A stretch of 64,000 bases of DNA from Psilocybe cubensis. Lineage: Eukaryota. Under the pieces are notes generated by a model. It had not been told where the DNA came from and did no database searches. It worked only from the letters and a program-made list of their open reading frames with translations. The DNA lies in the NCBI GenBank assembly GCA_017499595.2, contig CM039000.1:2232001-2296000 (forward strand), given 5' to 3'. Both the position numbers and the translations under genes were made by a program. Below, one piece after another: positions 41,270-55,200 of this stretch; position 1 is the stretch's first letter; each line of letters opens with the position of its first letter.

Positions 41270-41796
41270 ATGTCCGCATCCCCTCCCAAAAGGATCTGTC
41301 AGGTCATCAAGGTATGTTACTTGCATTTTTATCGCAACTTTATCGCCGTAGTTTTTGGCAGCCATCACTGTCGCCCACCAGTCAAGTACTGAACAACTTC
41401 ATGGCATACCATAGCTTAAACCCGAGGCGGAGGATGAATATATAGCAATACACAAAACTGTATGGCCAGAGGTGCTTGCAGCCCTTGAGCGGGCACATGT
41501 CATCGACTATTCGATCCACTACTATAAGCCACTCCAACTCCTTATCGCCAATTTCAAGTACACTGGAAATGATTTTGAAAGTGACATGAATAAAATAGCT
41601 GAAGATGAAGATACAAAGAGGTGGTGGAAAGTGACAGATGGGATGCAGGAGAGTTTTGAGGAGGGCGCTACTGGCAGTGGAAAGGAGATCCCGTGGTGGA
41701 CCGTAAGCCCTAGGAATAATAATTTTGCTTGCTACTCTTTGACTGTCTTCTTTGTAGAACATACCGGAGGTCTTTAGGTTTGAGGGGAACAATTAG
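41270..41796 (+). CDS. L-rhamnose mutarotase family (DUF718/RhaM-like)
   Basis: Spliced MSASPPKRICQVIK/LKPEAEDEYIAIHKTVWPEVLAAL...DYSIHY...TKRWWKVTDGMQ...WWT/NIPEVFRFEGNN*. Confidence 0.85.
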
Positions 41797-42053
41797 TAAA
41801 CATTTAATCGGCGTTTCGTAGTGACCACAATGTCAAAGGAGGACAGAAAATTATGTGAATTAGTGAAAACGAACTACAAGCATTGAGCACATATGGTACA
41901 GATGAGTGAGGTAATAGATGTAAGACAAAGAGCTGTTGGGTATTGAATTGATACTATACAGTAAGTGCGAGATTGTAGCTGGGTACCGGGTCTGTGTTCT
42001 AATGCAATAAATGATGAGTTCAAAAACAGAATCGGAATTTGGGAGGGGTAACA

Positions 42054-42830
42054 TCAACGCATCATGATAAACTGGCTACCCACTCCGTATAGTGTATTCC
42101 CCTGTAGGGTTTTCTCCTTCATTCGCAATCGGTGTTCGAGTATGATGAACGAGGTGATGATTTCGATCCGGTCATTATCTGAGCAGCTTCTCAAGCAGAG
42201 AGCGAGAGTAGGAGGGTCTTGAAGTTTTTTTGAATATGCAATAGGAAAGTCTGTCTGATTTTCAAGGTAAAGCTGCGGCACAAGTCACAAATTTGTGCAA
42301 TGGGCAGAGTGCGGATATGACATACAGCAAGTCTGTGCCTATCATCTGACCTCCAAGTAAAATGCCCAGACGGTGTCACCAAGTCATTGACAGTCGTCAT
42401 CCTAGAACGAAAATCAACTGGTATTCATACAAACCAAATATAGAAAGAAACGGACTCACTGACTTCCTTGTGCAACTCTGCGACGCTTAAGCCATTTATT
42501 AATCTTCATCGACTTGCCGTTTCGATGAGCAAAAACGACAAGATTAGGCAAAAAGTCGCGTCTTTTGATAGTGGCCACAATATTGTGGTCCGTCAAGTCG
42601 CATAATTCCGTCCGATTGACTTCGCTGTTTGTGATGATTCTGTACGCAGGACCAGACCGGGTGTAGAGCGTAGCACTGATAACGCTGTTACGGTCAAAAA
42701 TATAGTTGACAGGTGGGTCTGGATTGACGAGTGTAGAGGTAGATGCCCAAGGCTCCTCACGACTCTCTTGCGAATCCTGCATGGTGTCGTTCAGGTAGTA
42801 CGCAGACGGCAAAGAATCACTAGAGGCCAT
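42054..42830 (-). CDS. Hypothetical protein, DUF6593-like (Agaricomycete-expanded family)
   Basis: Three exons join ORFs 42456-42830, 42191-42400 and 42054-42281 through GT-AG introns; pattern ATLY...PAYRI...VATIKRR...KWL...FTWR...IITSFIILE. Confidence 0.55.
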
Positions 42831-43797
42831 TGTAGCATATAGTCTTGACGGAGTTTGGGGAGGGATAGCGATGTTCTCCTTGGTGAACTGTCATTACGCC
42901 TTTATATACATTCGGCAATCGGTTTTCAGGCACCTGAAAATGGATTCATCGACCCTCTTTAATGCCTTGTTCGTGATAAGTTTATGACTCCAAAGTCAAT
43001 ATGGGCAATGGACATTCCGAGGCAATCGCCAGAAGAATTGGCGCCCGTGATAAAGATTCTGATGGGAGCTATTACCCCAATGAAAAGATAGCGACTTTGG
43101 GTTGGGTGGTGCGCAAGCGTTGCAAACAGACACTTTGTGAGGTACCTTGTTCGATCAGGATAGACTTGTCTTGACTCTCGACTCCATGTCCGGTCAGGCA
43201 CGTGCATGAATAACCCATAGAGTAATAAATTGGCCAATTAGTCCTGACGATTAGAGGAGACGCAGTGACCCTGGAGGAAGTCTGATCCGAAGCTTGTTTC
43301 GCTAATAACCCTTTCCCTTTTATTTTAAACGATCTTCCCGTGGTCAATAAAAGCGCATCGTCATAAAGATAGATCATTTACTTTAACCATGAATCGTTTT
43401 GCAGCTCAACACCCAATTCTTCATACTGCTATAGACGCGATCGGCGACCAAGGTCCATATGCTGTGCCATACGAGACGAAATTGGGTGAAAGCCCGCGCA
43501 TTGTTGGGAGGAAGGACAAAGCGATGAGAAATGACAACGACTGTTCATCGGTCAATCCAACTTGCGGCTGCATGCGTAAATTCGCTTTCATATAGTCGGG
43601 ATGAAGAGAGGAAGCGTGGTTGTTGTCTTTTTGCTTAGGTAACATGGACTAGAAGATTTATGTTGGAGTGGCTTTTGATCTTTCCCGTCTCTTCCTCTTC
43701 CCCCTTCCGTGGTATCGTCTCCGCTCTTTTCTAGGTCCTCGTATTCACCGTCAACGCTCGCTTTTATATCTGTCTTTTCCCCAGTCCGTTTATCGAC

Positions 43798-45045
43798 ATG
43801 TTCTCTTCTCGAGTTATCAATGTTATCGTCCTCCTAACTCTTCTTGTTGTCTTGTCCGATGCCCGTCCAGTACGACGACGGACCTGCCGGGCTCCAAGCT
43901 CAGCAGCCCAGTTGTCAGCTACACCATCACCTTCTGCCACCGTTTCTCCATCCCAAGTTGTATCAGAATCTTCTGCAAGCCAGGCTGCTTCAACTTCACC
44001 CATTGTTATCCCCTCAAGTTCCAGCGTCCCTTTGTCCTCCAAGGCTCCTACGTCTACATCAAGTGTACCTGCTACTTCACCAACAGGTGTCCTTGGTGGA
44101 ATGCTCAACAGGTTGTTCCCCGTCTCCGGTTTCAGCAAGTCATGGACAACGTCACCCCTATCGGGCCAGGCTTTGGCCCTGTCGGATGCCGCATTTCGTC
44201 CCACCAACGTTCTGACATCGGTCCCGCATACGTATGTAAATGCCCCCGATGGTAAAAGGGCAATGAAAGCACACTATCCTAAGGGTTCATACACATTCGG
44301 TTTCAATCCTCAGGGGGGATTTTCTTTCTACGCCCCTGGACATGAATCCGTCGATCTGACCACTGCCAAAGAGGCCACCTTTGGATACTCTGTGTACTTC
44401 CCCGCTGGTTTCAACTTCCAACTTGGTGGCAAATTGCCCGGCTTGTGTGAGTATTTTAAATGTGAGATGTCAATACCGTGACTTCAATTATTTTCCATAG
44501 ATGGGGGAAACAGCGCCGAAGAATCTATCAATTGCTCTGGAGGAAGCCGATCTTCCGCTTGCTTCTCTGCCCGGCTCATGTGGCGTTCTGAAGGTCGCGG
44601 CGAATTTTACACATACTTGCCACCATACACCGAACCTCAGTTTGCTGCAAACAAGGCAGTCTGCAACGTTGCCCCTCAGTCCGACTGCAACCCAGTTTAC
44701 GGTGCTTCTGTTGGCCGTGGCTCGTTTGAATTTGCCACTGGTGCATGGACAACTATCAGCGAGCGTGTCAGACTCAATGATGTTGGGCAAGCCAATGGGG
44801 AACTCCAGCTTTTCGTCAACGGCAAGAGTGTCATTAACGTTGGGGGTCTTATCTTGCGAGACAGCGCCGCTGGCCGAATTAGGGGAATGCAAATGCAGAC
44901 ATTCTTCGGCGGTATGTACTTCCGTTGATTGTTTATCATTTTTATTTAACATTCATTTGCAGGTTCTAAGATTGAGTTTGCGTCACCGAAGGACCAAGAT
45001 GTCTTCTTCTCCGATTTCTCTGTAGCGATCACCAAGGCTCTATAA
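43798..45045 (+). CDS. Secreted polysaccharide lyase family 14 protein
   Basis: Signal peptide, S/T/P linker, YPKGS, GGFSFY, YSVYFPAGFNFQLGGKLPGL, CFSARLMWR, YGASVGRG and QTFFGG; ends TKAL*. Confidence 0.9.
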
Positions 45046-45624
45046 AGGACATCCGACAACCTAGAAAATCCCATACCTAAACCCAACGTCCTCACACTAT
45101 CTACTCTACACATCAACACCACGGAACAAATTAACCAAACACGCAAGGCGTGTTTGATCACTATCTTTTCAAACTCGCTCTTTAATCCTAGGCTGCTGAG
45201 CCGACCGTCCGACTAGATGATCATGAAGCATCTTCGCGTCGTCAACAATCTCATCTCACGGGAGATGCTAGCAATGATTTCACCTTGCAACTGGGTTGCT
45301 TCTTTATTCGGGTCTTGATGACCCTTTACGATTCCCCGTACAGCACTGCGCTAGTACGCATGTCTGTGTGGATTAGAATGCGTACTATACTTACTCATGG
45401 TCTCTTTCACGTAGCATGATATAATGGATTGTGTCTATTGTATCGATACCTCATCACGACCGTTGTAACATTTGAATATGCATAGTAGACATATGTAAAA
45501 TAGACATACTGAACACACACGAGTACCGCTTCGGTCACCGGAATCACTGCTTTCCTATCTGAGAGATAGCTTTTTGGATTTTGTACAAGCTCGCTGCTCA
45601 ACGTTACTTGAATACCTATAGAAC

Positions 45625-46546
45625 ATGTCCCACCACCACCATGATCATGGTCACCAACATCCACATATACATGGCTCAGACTCCAAGGACTACGCTACTG
45701 CCAATAAGGAGCACTATGCAGATGCTGCGTCCAGTCAAGAAAATCCAAAGTGGATTGAACTTGCCAAAAGGTTTCGTGCAGATATGTTTCATGATCCCAG
45801 CCAATGGTATTCATTAATATCATATTGTTAATACTAGATCAGCGCAAGCGATTCTTGCTCGTTATCCCTTCGATGAGGAATCCACCAGTGTGATGGACTT
45901 TGCATGCAATAGAGGTACTTTCCTGTCAGGTGGATACTTGGTTCATTGATTCTGACTTGCCAACTTCTTTCAAGGCCTTCTCTCCAGAGAGATTGCTGGC
46001 TACACCAAATTATTAATCGGCGTGGATATCAGCCAGACACCTGTTGATTTGTTCAATGAACACGTTTCAAACCAGGGTATTCCTCCAGATGAGATGCGCG
46101 CGGTCTGCGTTGAGCTCAAAGGAGAAGAAGGGGAACTTGATGGACTAAAATTCGATGTGATAACGGTATGCTTTCGTGTTCCAAGTACCAGCACATTTCT
46201 CATCGTGATGCAACCTGGATAGTGTGCATCCTCATATCATCATTTCGAGTCCATCGACGACATCACCAAAACTCTTGCATTTTTCTTAAAACCTAAAGGA
46301 GTTTTGTTTGTAGTGGACGTCACTCCGAAAGAATCAGACGGTATTTCTGCCTCGGACAACAATCTTTTCCCAGAAAAGTTCCATCATGTCGTGGCACATC
46401 AACACGGTTTGTCCGAAAGTGCAATTAGGACTGCATTCGATGGTGCTGGTTTATTGTCTTTTTCGTTTGAACCAATCTCATCAGTGAAAGTCCACGAACG
46501 AGAGGCTACTCTTTTCATTGCAAAGGGAGTCAAGCCAGAGGTGTAG
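45625..46546 (+). CDS. Class I SAM-dependent methyltransferase with His-rich N-terminus
   Basis: MSHHHHDHGHQH...ANKEHY...VMDFACNRG...IGVDIS...FDVIT/CASSYHHF...LKPKGVLFVVD...HQHGLSE. Confidence 0.85.
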
Positions 46547-46709
46547 TACATTTCTGCCTTACTAAATACATGATCTATGGATATACGGATGCTGTAAATG
46601 GATACGAGTACATTGAAGGAGATACAAATAGAAGAACCCGGAAATGAAAACAGGAATCGTGGCGATAAATACATGTAAATTAGGAAGAGCGCGCCAACCC
46701 TTTGCGCGT

Positions 46710-49700
46710 CTATTTGTAGGAAAGTCGACCCCCGAACCTCTTCGCAGTGACATTATCCATTTCATCTTGCACTCCATATAAAGCATCCCACCAAGCTTCC
46801 CCAACAGTGTCTCTCTGGCTACAAGCAAGGTCGTCCTCATCTAGATACTCAGAAGTGGGAAAGAATCGTCGGAGCAAAACCATCCACCACTTCATCACTG
46901 CCACTGCCCGCTCAACACCTACGTCCGTCGCTTTCGAACGGTCGACAGATTGCACCAAAAATTTTGACAAGAACTCAACGTCCTTGTTACGAGGTGCCCA
47001 ATGCCTGTATGCCATAACCCACTTTTCCACAACAGCCTGAATATCATCTGTCTCCGTAAAGTACAATTTTTCCCCTTTATTGGGCCCTTGTTGGCGGAGA
47101 AAGGGTGGCGGAGGATGATTCGCCTTCGGTTTGGGAGCACGATAGGGTACAAAATCCGGAGGCAGTTCGTGCTTGCGGGGCTTCAAAATCTTCTTCTTTG
47201 GGGGAGGTTCCGGAATGGCGCCTTTTTGCTTGATTAGGCGTGCCCTCACAAGTTGCTCGCGCTGCACCTTCAAGGGCAACATGAAAAAGACATCAGGGTC
47301 AAGGTTCAGATCCCTCAAGGCCACATTTGTGATTCTGACACCAGTCGGCTTCTTCTTTTCCTGAAGTTTCTTTGCCCACGTGTATATGGAACTCTTCTGA
47401 GGCGAAACACTGGCACCAGTGCGAGGTGCGAGCTGCTGCGCGATTCGCTTGTAGTTTGACCCTCTTCCTTCTGGTTTTTGAGGGAAAACGGATGGAGTAA
47501 CAGACCTTCGTTTGGTTACCTGAACTTGTTGAGGAGCAAGACTTTTCATAGGGTCACCAATAGGACCTGCAGAAGTGAAAGGGGAGGCTGAACGGCGCTT
47601 GTACTCGGTCTCGAGTTCCTCCCGGACATCCCTAGGAAGAGCTTCAAACACAGACATATCAACTTGAGAAAAAGATGGCAAGTCAAAATCAGCATGTGTG
47701 TGTGTCGTTGGGTTCGCTAGAGCAAAACCAGCGTCGCTGCTCCTTTCCGGAGTTTGCTTATTATACCCAGCGGTATTGGAGGCATCTGTTGAACTTGAAG
47801 TTTTACTTTTAAAGGGAAGTAATGCTTGCCCTTGCGGTACCATTATGGCAGCCGTACAGGATTCAAGCTTCTGTACTTGTATCCCAATGCCCCTTAATTC
47901 TTTTGGGTCGAAATGAAATGATTTCAACAACTTGCAGGCGTGATTCCCAATGATTTCTGCATCACTCGTTGCCTTTCCTCCGGGATCAATGAGAGGCATT
48001 TGTTTGTTGAAGAGATCGCATGCGCCATGCCCTAGAAACTACGCACGAAACGGTTGCTCAGAAAAGTTTGGAATGAAAATTTAGAAAGCGACAAACTTTT
48101 GGTGGCTCGACTGGGGCTGTCGGATCACGTTTCATAATCTTCAAAGTTATCGATCGGCCCACCATGTTAATTGCATCCAATCTTTTTTTTACTTCAGTTG
48201 CCATTTGACGAATAAATGATTCAGCCTGTTCATTGTTCTCGAAACGAATGCCATACTGCACAACCAAATAGTCAACATTCACGACTACGGAGCAGAGTAA
48301 TGATACAATTACTTACGTTTATCTCGCATGATACTGATTTCCTAGGTTTATCGGATTCCAACTTCTTGTCATCAACACCACGGATAGCGTTGTATAGCGT
48401 TTCGCCTGTAGCCTTTCCAAGGGCCTCTATCAGAACGCCTTTGCTTTTCTTCGCCAGTTCTCCGAGAGTGATTACTCCAAGCTTTTCTTGTGCTTTCCGT
48501 TTGGTTGACCAACCAAATCCATGGAGATCGGAAATTTGTAATGGAGCCATTATTTCTGGGATATTTTCAGGTAACAAATGATAAGAACCTGCTGGTTTAG
48601 CGCGTCGTGTAGCAAGCCGAGCCAGTAGTATGTTGTGTGATATACCGATGCTGACTGGCGATGGATTGAATTTACGTATGATTTCGTCTGAGGACGTAAA
48701 ACTCACTTTCGCATTTTGTCGCGTAGTGCACCTGAGCACGAATTATTTCTGCAAAGTCTTTTGCTGGATTGTGTGCGCCACTTTGTACCCGTAATTGGTT
48801 GACGGCAGTAGTTACATCAATAAGCGCTTCATCGACGGAGACAGCTTGAAGGTCATCGGCGTGTGCCATTAAGACTGTGTAGAACTTGAGAGAATATTCC
48901 TTATAGCTGGAGGACGTTAGTCAAATGTTAGTGCGGAGTAGATTCCATGGAACACATACCGATCGAATTCATAAGGTATAGTTATGATATCAGGGCATAA
49001 TTGACGAGCTTGCTGTAAGCTAGTAGAGGAATTTAAAATGCTATAGAAAATCAAGAAATCAGGGGCATACCTCATACCGTTCTTGATACCAAACCCCCTG
49101 GCTTCATAACTGGCACTAGCAATTTCGCTAGTGCTGGAAGCCCCGCCCTGACTACCTTGCGAGTGACACACTACAACGGGTTTCCCTTTCAATTCCGGAC
49201 GGGAAACCAAACCAGCAGACACGAAGAAACAGTCGAAATCGCAATGCATGATAACTCGGTCCTCATCGCCTGTAGCTCTTTCTTTACCTTTCCACTTTTT
49301 TGGAGACCTCATGACGAATTCAGATCCTTTCATACTGAGGCCACCAGAGAATCCTTCGTGTTGCTCAGAAGCTATCTTTCCAACACGTTCCGATGACGAG
49401 CCAGATTCAGCGCGTTCTTGTGCTTCTTGAACAAGATTCTTCAACTCAGACTTCCAGGTAGATAAGTGATGGAGACGCGAGTTTTTGTAATAGCCATCAA
49501 TAAAGTCTGTAGATACCGAGGTATGAGCTTTTCGCCATTCAGGATTGGCCATTGCCCGTTTCGCGTTTGGGTTAGACTCGTCAGCAGCATAGCTGGGTAA
49601 CCGTGGTTGATCTCCTTTGTTGCATGGATCGCTACCAGGTATGGAATCATGGGCTGAATGCTGTTCCTCGGCATTCAATTCCGCGGATACTGGATGTTTG

Positions 49701-50552
49701 AACGCCAGTGGTGTAGTGTTGCTTAGCGGATCAACCGGCGGGATCGTTGATGGTGCAGATTTGGTGGCTTGAAGAAGGCTTTCTTGATTGCTCTTGGCCC
49801 CTTGAGTAGGTTCAATGCGCTCCTGATGCACATATTTAAAATCTTTCCATGACAAAAGTTTCCCGTTCTTAATGCTTTCAGTAAGCCATTCAGGACGAAC
49901 AACTTTCATATGCTTAAACTCTCGGATTTTCGCAGGAGTGAGGGAGCATGTGATGATATGGGTGCTGCAAAAATCAACTTAGACCAAATAAATGCACTGA
50001 GAAAGAGAACTCCTCACACAACGGATTTTTTTGTAAGATAGGCCTGAAAAACACCACCATGCTGAACTATCATCTGTCGCAAGTGTTGCACAGATGGACG
50101 GGTCCATCCATTGACCTAGAGTTTGGTATTGAATAAATTTCATGAACAATCATAAATTAACTCACATATATCGACAGACCCTTGAATATCCCAGATTCAC
50201 GGGACTGCGCCAGATCACTGTTCTGTATTTGAAGTTTGGCCCTCTTCCTTCGCATATACTCTCCAAAATCTCCAAAATGAGCTGGTCCGTAGACCTCATC
50301 TTCAGACGGGATTTGTACCCCATCCTTTTCTTCTGGAGATTGAAAATCGTCACGACGTCGCTTTGTAGAGGGTTGGGTTGGGGGAAGGGTGTCACAAGTT
50401 TGAGATGGTACTAAAGACTGATCTCTTAGAGGACTGCATATGGGCACATCTCCAGGGAGTACAGTGGTATTCAGAGCTTCCAAAAATTGAGAGTCGTCGT
50501 CATAGTAGTCTGAAGAATTGGTCTGGGACGCTATGGGCACCGCAGACTCCAT
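46710..50552 (-). CDS. REV1: Y-family translesion deoxycytidyl transferase Rev1
   Basis: FGDFGEYMRRKRAKLQ, BRCT domain, YYKNSRLHHLSTWK, MHCDFDCFF, SASYEAR, VSVDEA, RKSVSCEIN, UBM-like LPRDVREEL, Rev1 C-terminal domain. Confidence 0.95.
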
Positions 50553-50857
50553 GTTGAACTTGCATCCTAATCCAGAAGTGAAATTTCAAAATAATAGAGA
50601 GGCTGGTAAATGATATCGGAAAACCTAGACCCACAGTAGCAAACGTTGACAAAGAGCAAGTACTATCATGATAGAGGACCGTTACTCCAGTGACACTGAT
50701 GGATGCCAACCGTGATAATTAAGTCACGTGTACGTGTGATAACATAATAGTCGAAACGCGACGTGAGTGCCAGAACGAAAGTTAGGTGCTGCAAGTAATT
50801 ATTTCCAGCTTACACTTTCAACAACTCTAATTGACATGATTTTTTCGTTTCATTCTA

Positions 50858-51831
50858 TTACATGTCGAATTCGAAATCTGAATCTGAGTCGTCCTTCTTT
50901 TTTTGAGACCTAATGTTCCTGGGAGCGCGCGCATTCGTAGATGTTGCGGCTGAGCGCATCCTAGATGAAGGGTCACCATCGTCTTCCTCAAAATCTTCAT
51001 CTTCTTCCTCGTCTTTTCCTCCTGTTGGCTCTACACGATCTGGGATATCAAGAGCACCCGTTACTAGTAAAATAGCTTCGAGTTCTGCGTTTCGCAGGTT
51101 AGTCTCGTACAAGACTACAACAATAGATTCTCACCCTCTTGACGACGTTCACGATCAGCACCCCATGCAACAATTTGTTGTCTGATTTCCCCTTTTCTGT
51201 ACACGATCAACATGGGGACTCTGGAATCTGGAAGGTTGGGGATACATTTATCTCCAACTATCGAAACAAATTTGCTACGAGGGTATTTTCTTGCTAAGCC
51301 ACGAACGTGCTGAAAGGCGCGATCGCTTCTAGGTATCCTGAACATTTTATTTCACGTTAATAATGATCCTCAATAGAAAGGGGTGATAAACGCACCCATC
51401 TTTATACAAAAAACATATCACACCTGTACCCTTTTCTTCGTTGTCATCCTCCTCATCTACTTTACTTGCATCTGTGACTTCTCTAGTGTAATCTTCCCTT
51501 CCGATAGGATAGACTTCTCCAAATCGTGCTCGGAGTCTATCCCTACGTTCCTCATCAATCCTTTTCTGCCTATAAACGGCTATTAAGCGTTCAGTTTCTT
51601 CATTATTGACATCCTCGCTTAATTCTTGAAGTTCTTTTGCCGTAAATTCGTCTAAAACATCGTCCAAAGTTGGCGACGGTGGCGGAGACGGGGAAGGGGG
51701 GGTTGACTCCCTGGGACCAATGATTCCATACTTCCTGAGCGCATCGTTGCTGGACCACGGTGTTCAGCGGTGTCCAGGATATTAGCATCGTTTACTCACA
51801 ATTCGGTGTCTTCATTTGGGTTTACAGCCAT
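50858..51831 (-). CDS. PLP2: Phosducin-like protein (Plp2/PDCL3)
   Basis: MAVNPNEDTEF/NDALRKYGII, RFGEVYPIGREDYTREVT, KFVSIVGDKCIPNLPDSRVPM, acidic tail. Confidence 0.88.
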
Positions 51832-52271
51832 GGTCACTGATCGGGTTAAAGGAGTCGCAGTGTCGAAACGATTAGATTTTGGAGTGTTTGATCGATATGA
51901 TTGTCGAGAGAGCAGGTAATACAGAGATACAACTTTTCTGTTTCCTAAGATTTATCCTTGTAGGTTAAGTATATTAGAAATAGCTGCGGCAGACGTTGCG
52001 CAATTGACATTTTCTGCGGAATCTCCAGGACATGGAATGCCTGATGTGGCGCCAGAGGCATAATCAAAATCTCTACAACACGTGATTTGTTGAAACTGCC
52101 GGACCGCGTGCGAGACAGACTTCTGTCAAAGTTCCAACGTCCAGGGTCATGGACAGGTCCACAACACTATCATGCCATTAAATCAGGCTTCGAGTCGAGC
52201 GCTTAAAACCACTGATCGATATCGTGGTCTTAAGGTTTTGCCATCTTCCTGTAAGGCATCGTCAACTCAAA

Positions 52272-55200
52272 ATGAGTGCCGACGACCTGATTAAAGAGTC
52301 GCTGCTGCCGAGGCGCTATCAAGAAGAAATATTCTCAAGAGCACAACAAGGTTCGATTAGCAAACTTTGATAGGTTTAAACAATCTTGACATTTACGGTA
52401 GGGAATGTTATTGCGGCGATGGATACTGGCTCTGGTAAAACCCTCGTCAGTTTACTCCTCATCAAATGGATTTCTTCGCAGGAAAAATCCATTGGTAAAC
52501 TTATAGCCTTTCTGGTCCCGAAGGTCGCGCTCGTGGAACAGCAATACGCGTTCATCCTTAATAACTCGTCCCTAAGAGTCGCAAAATTCCATGGAGCACT
52601 AGACTTAGATTTAAGTGATAGAATCGGGTGGAAGGAACGTCTCGAAGGCTGTGACGTGGTTGTAATGACTGGTACCTGTCCTCTTTTTGCAATTTACGCA
52701 AGTCTTATTTTTTTGGGTAGCCCAGGTATTCCTCAATATCTTGACCCATTCACTTTGGGCTCTAGATAAGGTATCGTTGATGATTTTTGATGAATGTCAC
52801 CATGCTCGAAAGAATCATCCATATAATGGCGTTCTACGCGAATATTTTCATAGTCCTACTCATCTTCGCCCGAAGATCTTTGGAATGACGGCTTCTCCTA
52901 TCTGGAATGTAAAGGATCCACGAGGATCTCTAGCTAGTCTGGAAAAAAATTTGGACGCGAAAGTCACTGCAGTCCGCGATCACGTTCAAGAACTCGTTGC
53001 TCATTCTCCCAAAGCCACGGAAGTAAGGATACTTGGAATATTTCTCGCATGTACTGACTTTCATCAAAGTTGGTTAGAGTTTACTCCCGTCCTCCTGCAG
53101 AATATGACTTCCCTTCACCCACCTTATTCCAGTGCCTCAAAGTTATTGATATCCAGCTCTGGAATCAGTTGGACATCCCTTGGGCAAATATAGAAAACCG
53201 CTATCTTGTCACACTGAATGACCTGGGACCATATTGTGCTTCTTTGTTTCTCTATCAAGAAATTCATTACCATGCTTGTAGAGTGATTGTCGAGAACAAG
53301 CAATCGATCGTGGCAAAACTTGATGATGTGATGGCAATGGAGGGAATTCTACCTGTTCCTCCTTCATGCTCGACGCCTTTTCCAGATGACTTCTCCTTAC
53401 TTGCTGATATCCTTTATGAATACACGGATATATTTCCAACTGGGACTAGCGGTCTGCCACTCTCAACGCATGTGCCATTGGCTTGGTGCACACCAAAAGT
53501 GAAGCTACTGGTCGACATCCTGGTACATTACTGCGCCAATATGCCAACGTTTCAATGCATTATCTTTGTTGAACAACGGCAAGTGGCTTCTTGCCTATCG
53601 AAAATCCTTCCGTCTATTCCGGAACTTTATGGGAAAATTCAGTGTGCCTTTCTCACTGGGCAAGGGACAAATAGCGATGGAATCTCAAAGCAAACAGATC
53701 GCACTCATGGAGACCCTGTGAAACGTTTTAGGGACCGCCAAATTAATATTCGTGAGCCTTATATCCATTTAAAAAATATCTTCGCCTATAATTCACTGTC
53801 CGTGGATCTCTTTTCTTCTAGTCGTTGCGACATCAGTTGCTGAGGAAGGGTTAGATTTTAAGGTAATTGTTGTTTTGAAACATAAAGAGTATTATCATTT
53901 ATGCACATTCAGGAATGTGATCTTGTTGTCCGGTTTGATCCTCTTCAACATATGGTTGGATATGTTCAGTCCCGAGGCCGAGCGAGAAAGGATGGGTCAA
54001 CATATGTTGTGATGATCCAAGAGAACGACACAGCCCAGCTCGAAAAGTATCATGCTCTAAAACAGAAAGAGCCTGAAGTCAATCGCGTCTACCAAACTCG
54101 TCATATGGATATTGATGATGATGAATCTGGCAGCGACGATGAAACGGACCCTGTCGATATGATGGCACGTGAGAGATATGTTGTACCATCCACAGGAGCT
54201 GTACTCAACTACGACAACTCCCTGAACCTCCTCAATTATCTTTGTTCCCTCATTCCTTGTGACGCATTCACCACCGCTCATGTTCCTAAGTACGGAGGTG
54301 ACTTCCAGGCTACAGTCCAGCTTCCTCGAGCTTTACCTCTCTCACCTGAGGACCTTTTCTTTTCTGGCCCAATCAGGCGGTCCAAAAGGGAAGCTCGACG
54401 AGCTGTCGCCTTCAAGGCTGTAAAACGGTTAAAAGAACTCGATGTCTTTGATGAATACCTCCTTCCCATGGCGAAACACTCGGAAGATGGAGAATCGATA
54501 GGAAAAACCCACCGTCCCCAGAAAACTAAGCGTCCTGAAATACCCGTGATTATGAATGTGTTGATTCGCGACCCATGGTGTATTGGAAATAAATTATGGA
54601 TTCATCCTATTGTCATCGGTGAACGGCTTGTCGCAGGACTGGTAACTGGTACTCCACTGCATCCGGAAGAAATAACCATTGCTGGGCAACCGGTGAAAAC
54701 ACTCCCAGCAAAACTTCTCACTTTTGAAAAGGATGATGAATACGACCAAAGAGCAGTTATGCACGAATTCACCAAATTAGGAATTTGGTATACCATCACT
54801 TCAAGACCCTTAACTTCTTCTCTCAGCCTTTACCTCGTGCCGGTCACAGCTGCACTATTGCCCGACTTCCATGCAATGGAGCTACTCTTGTCGAACCCTC
54901 ATGGCATTAGCGACTGGAGTCAAGTATCGGAAGAAGATTACGAAAAGTTAGTTGTCATCTCCGTCAATCACTGGGGGAGTATCCATCTGCTCCGAAGGAT
55001 TCGTCATGATTTGTCTCCCATGTCCGTGCCTACACCCGGTTCTCGAGAAGCTGCGGGCGCAACCTATTATGAATACTGGATGGCAAAATGGGCAAGAAAA
55101 AAACGTCCGGCTCTCGTTCCATGTGACGGTCCGCTCTTAGAGGCTCTACGTCGTCCACGTTCAAATATGGGGGCGTATTCCATGGATCATACTTCGGCCA

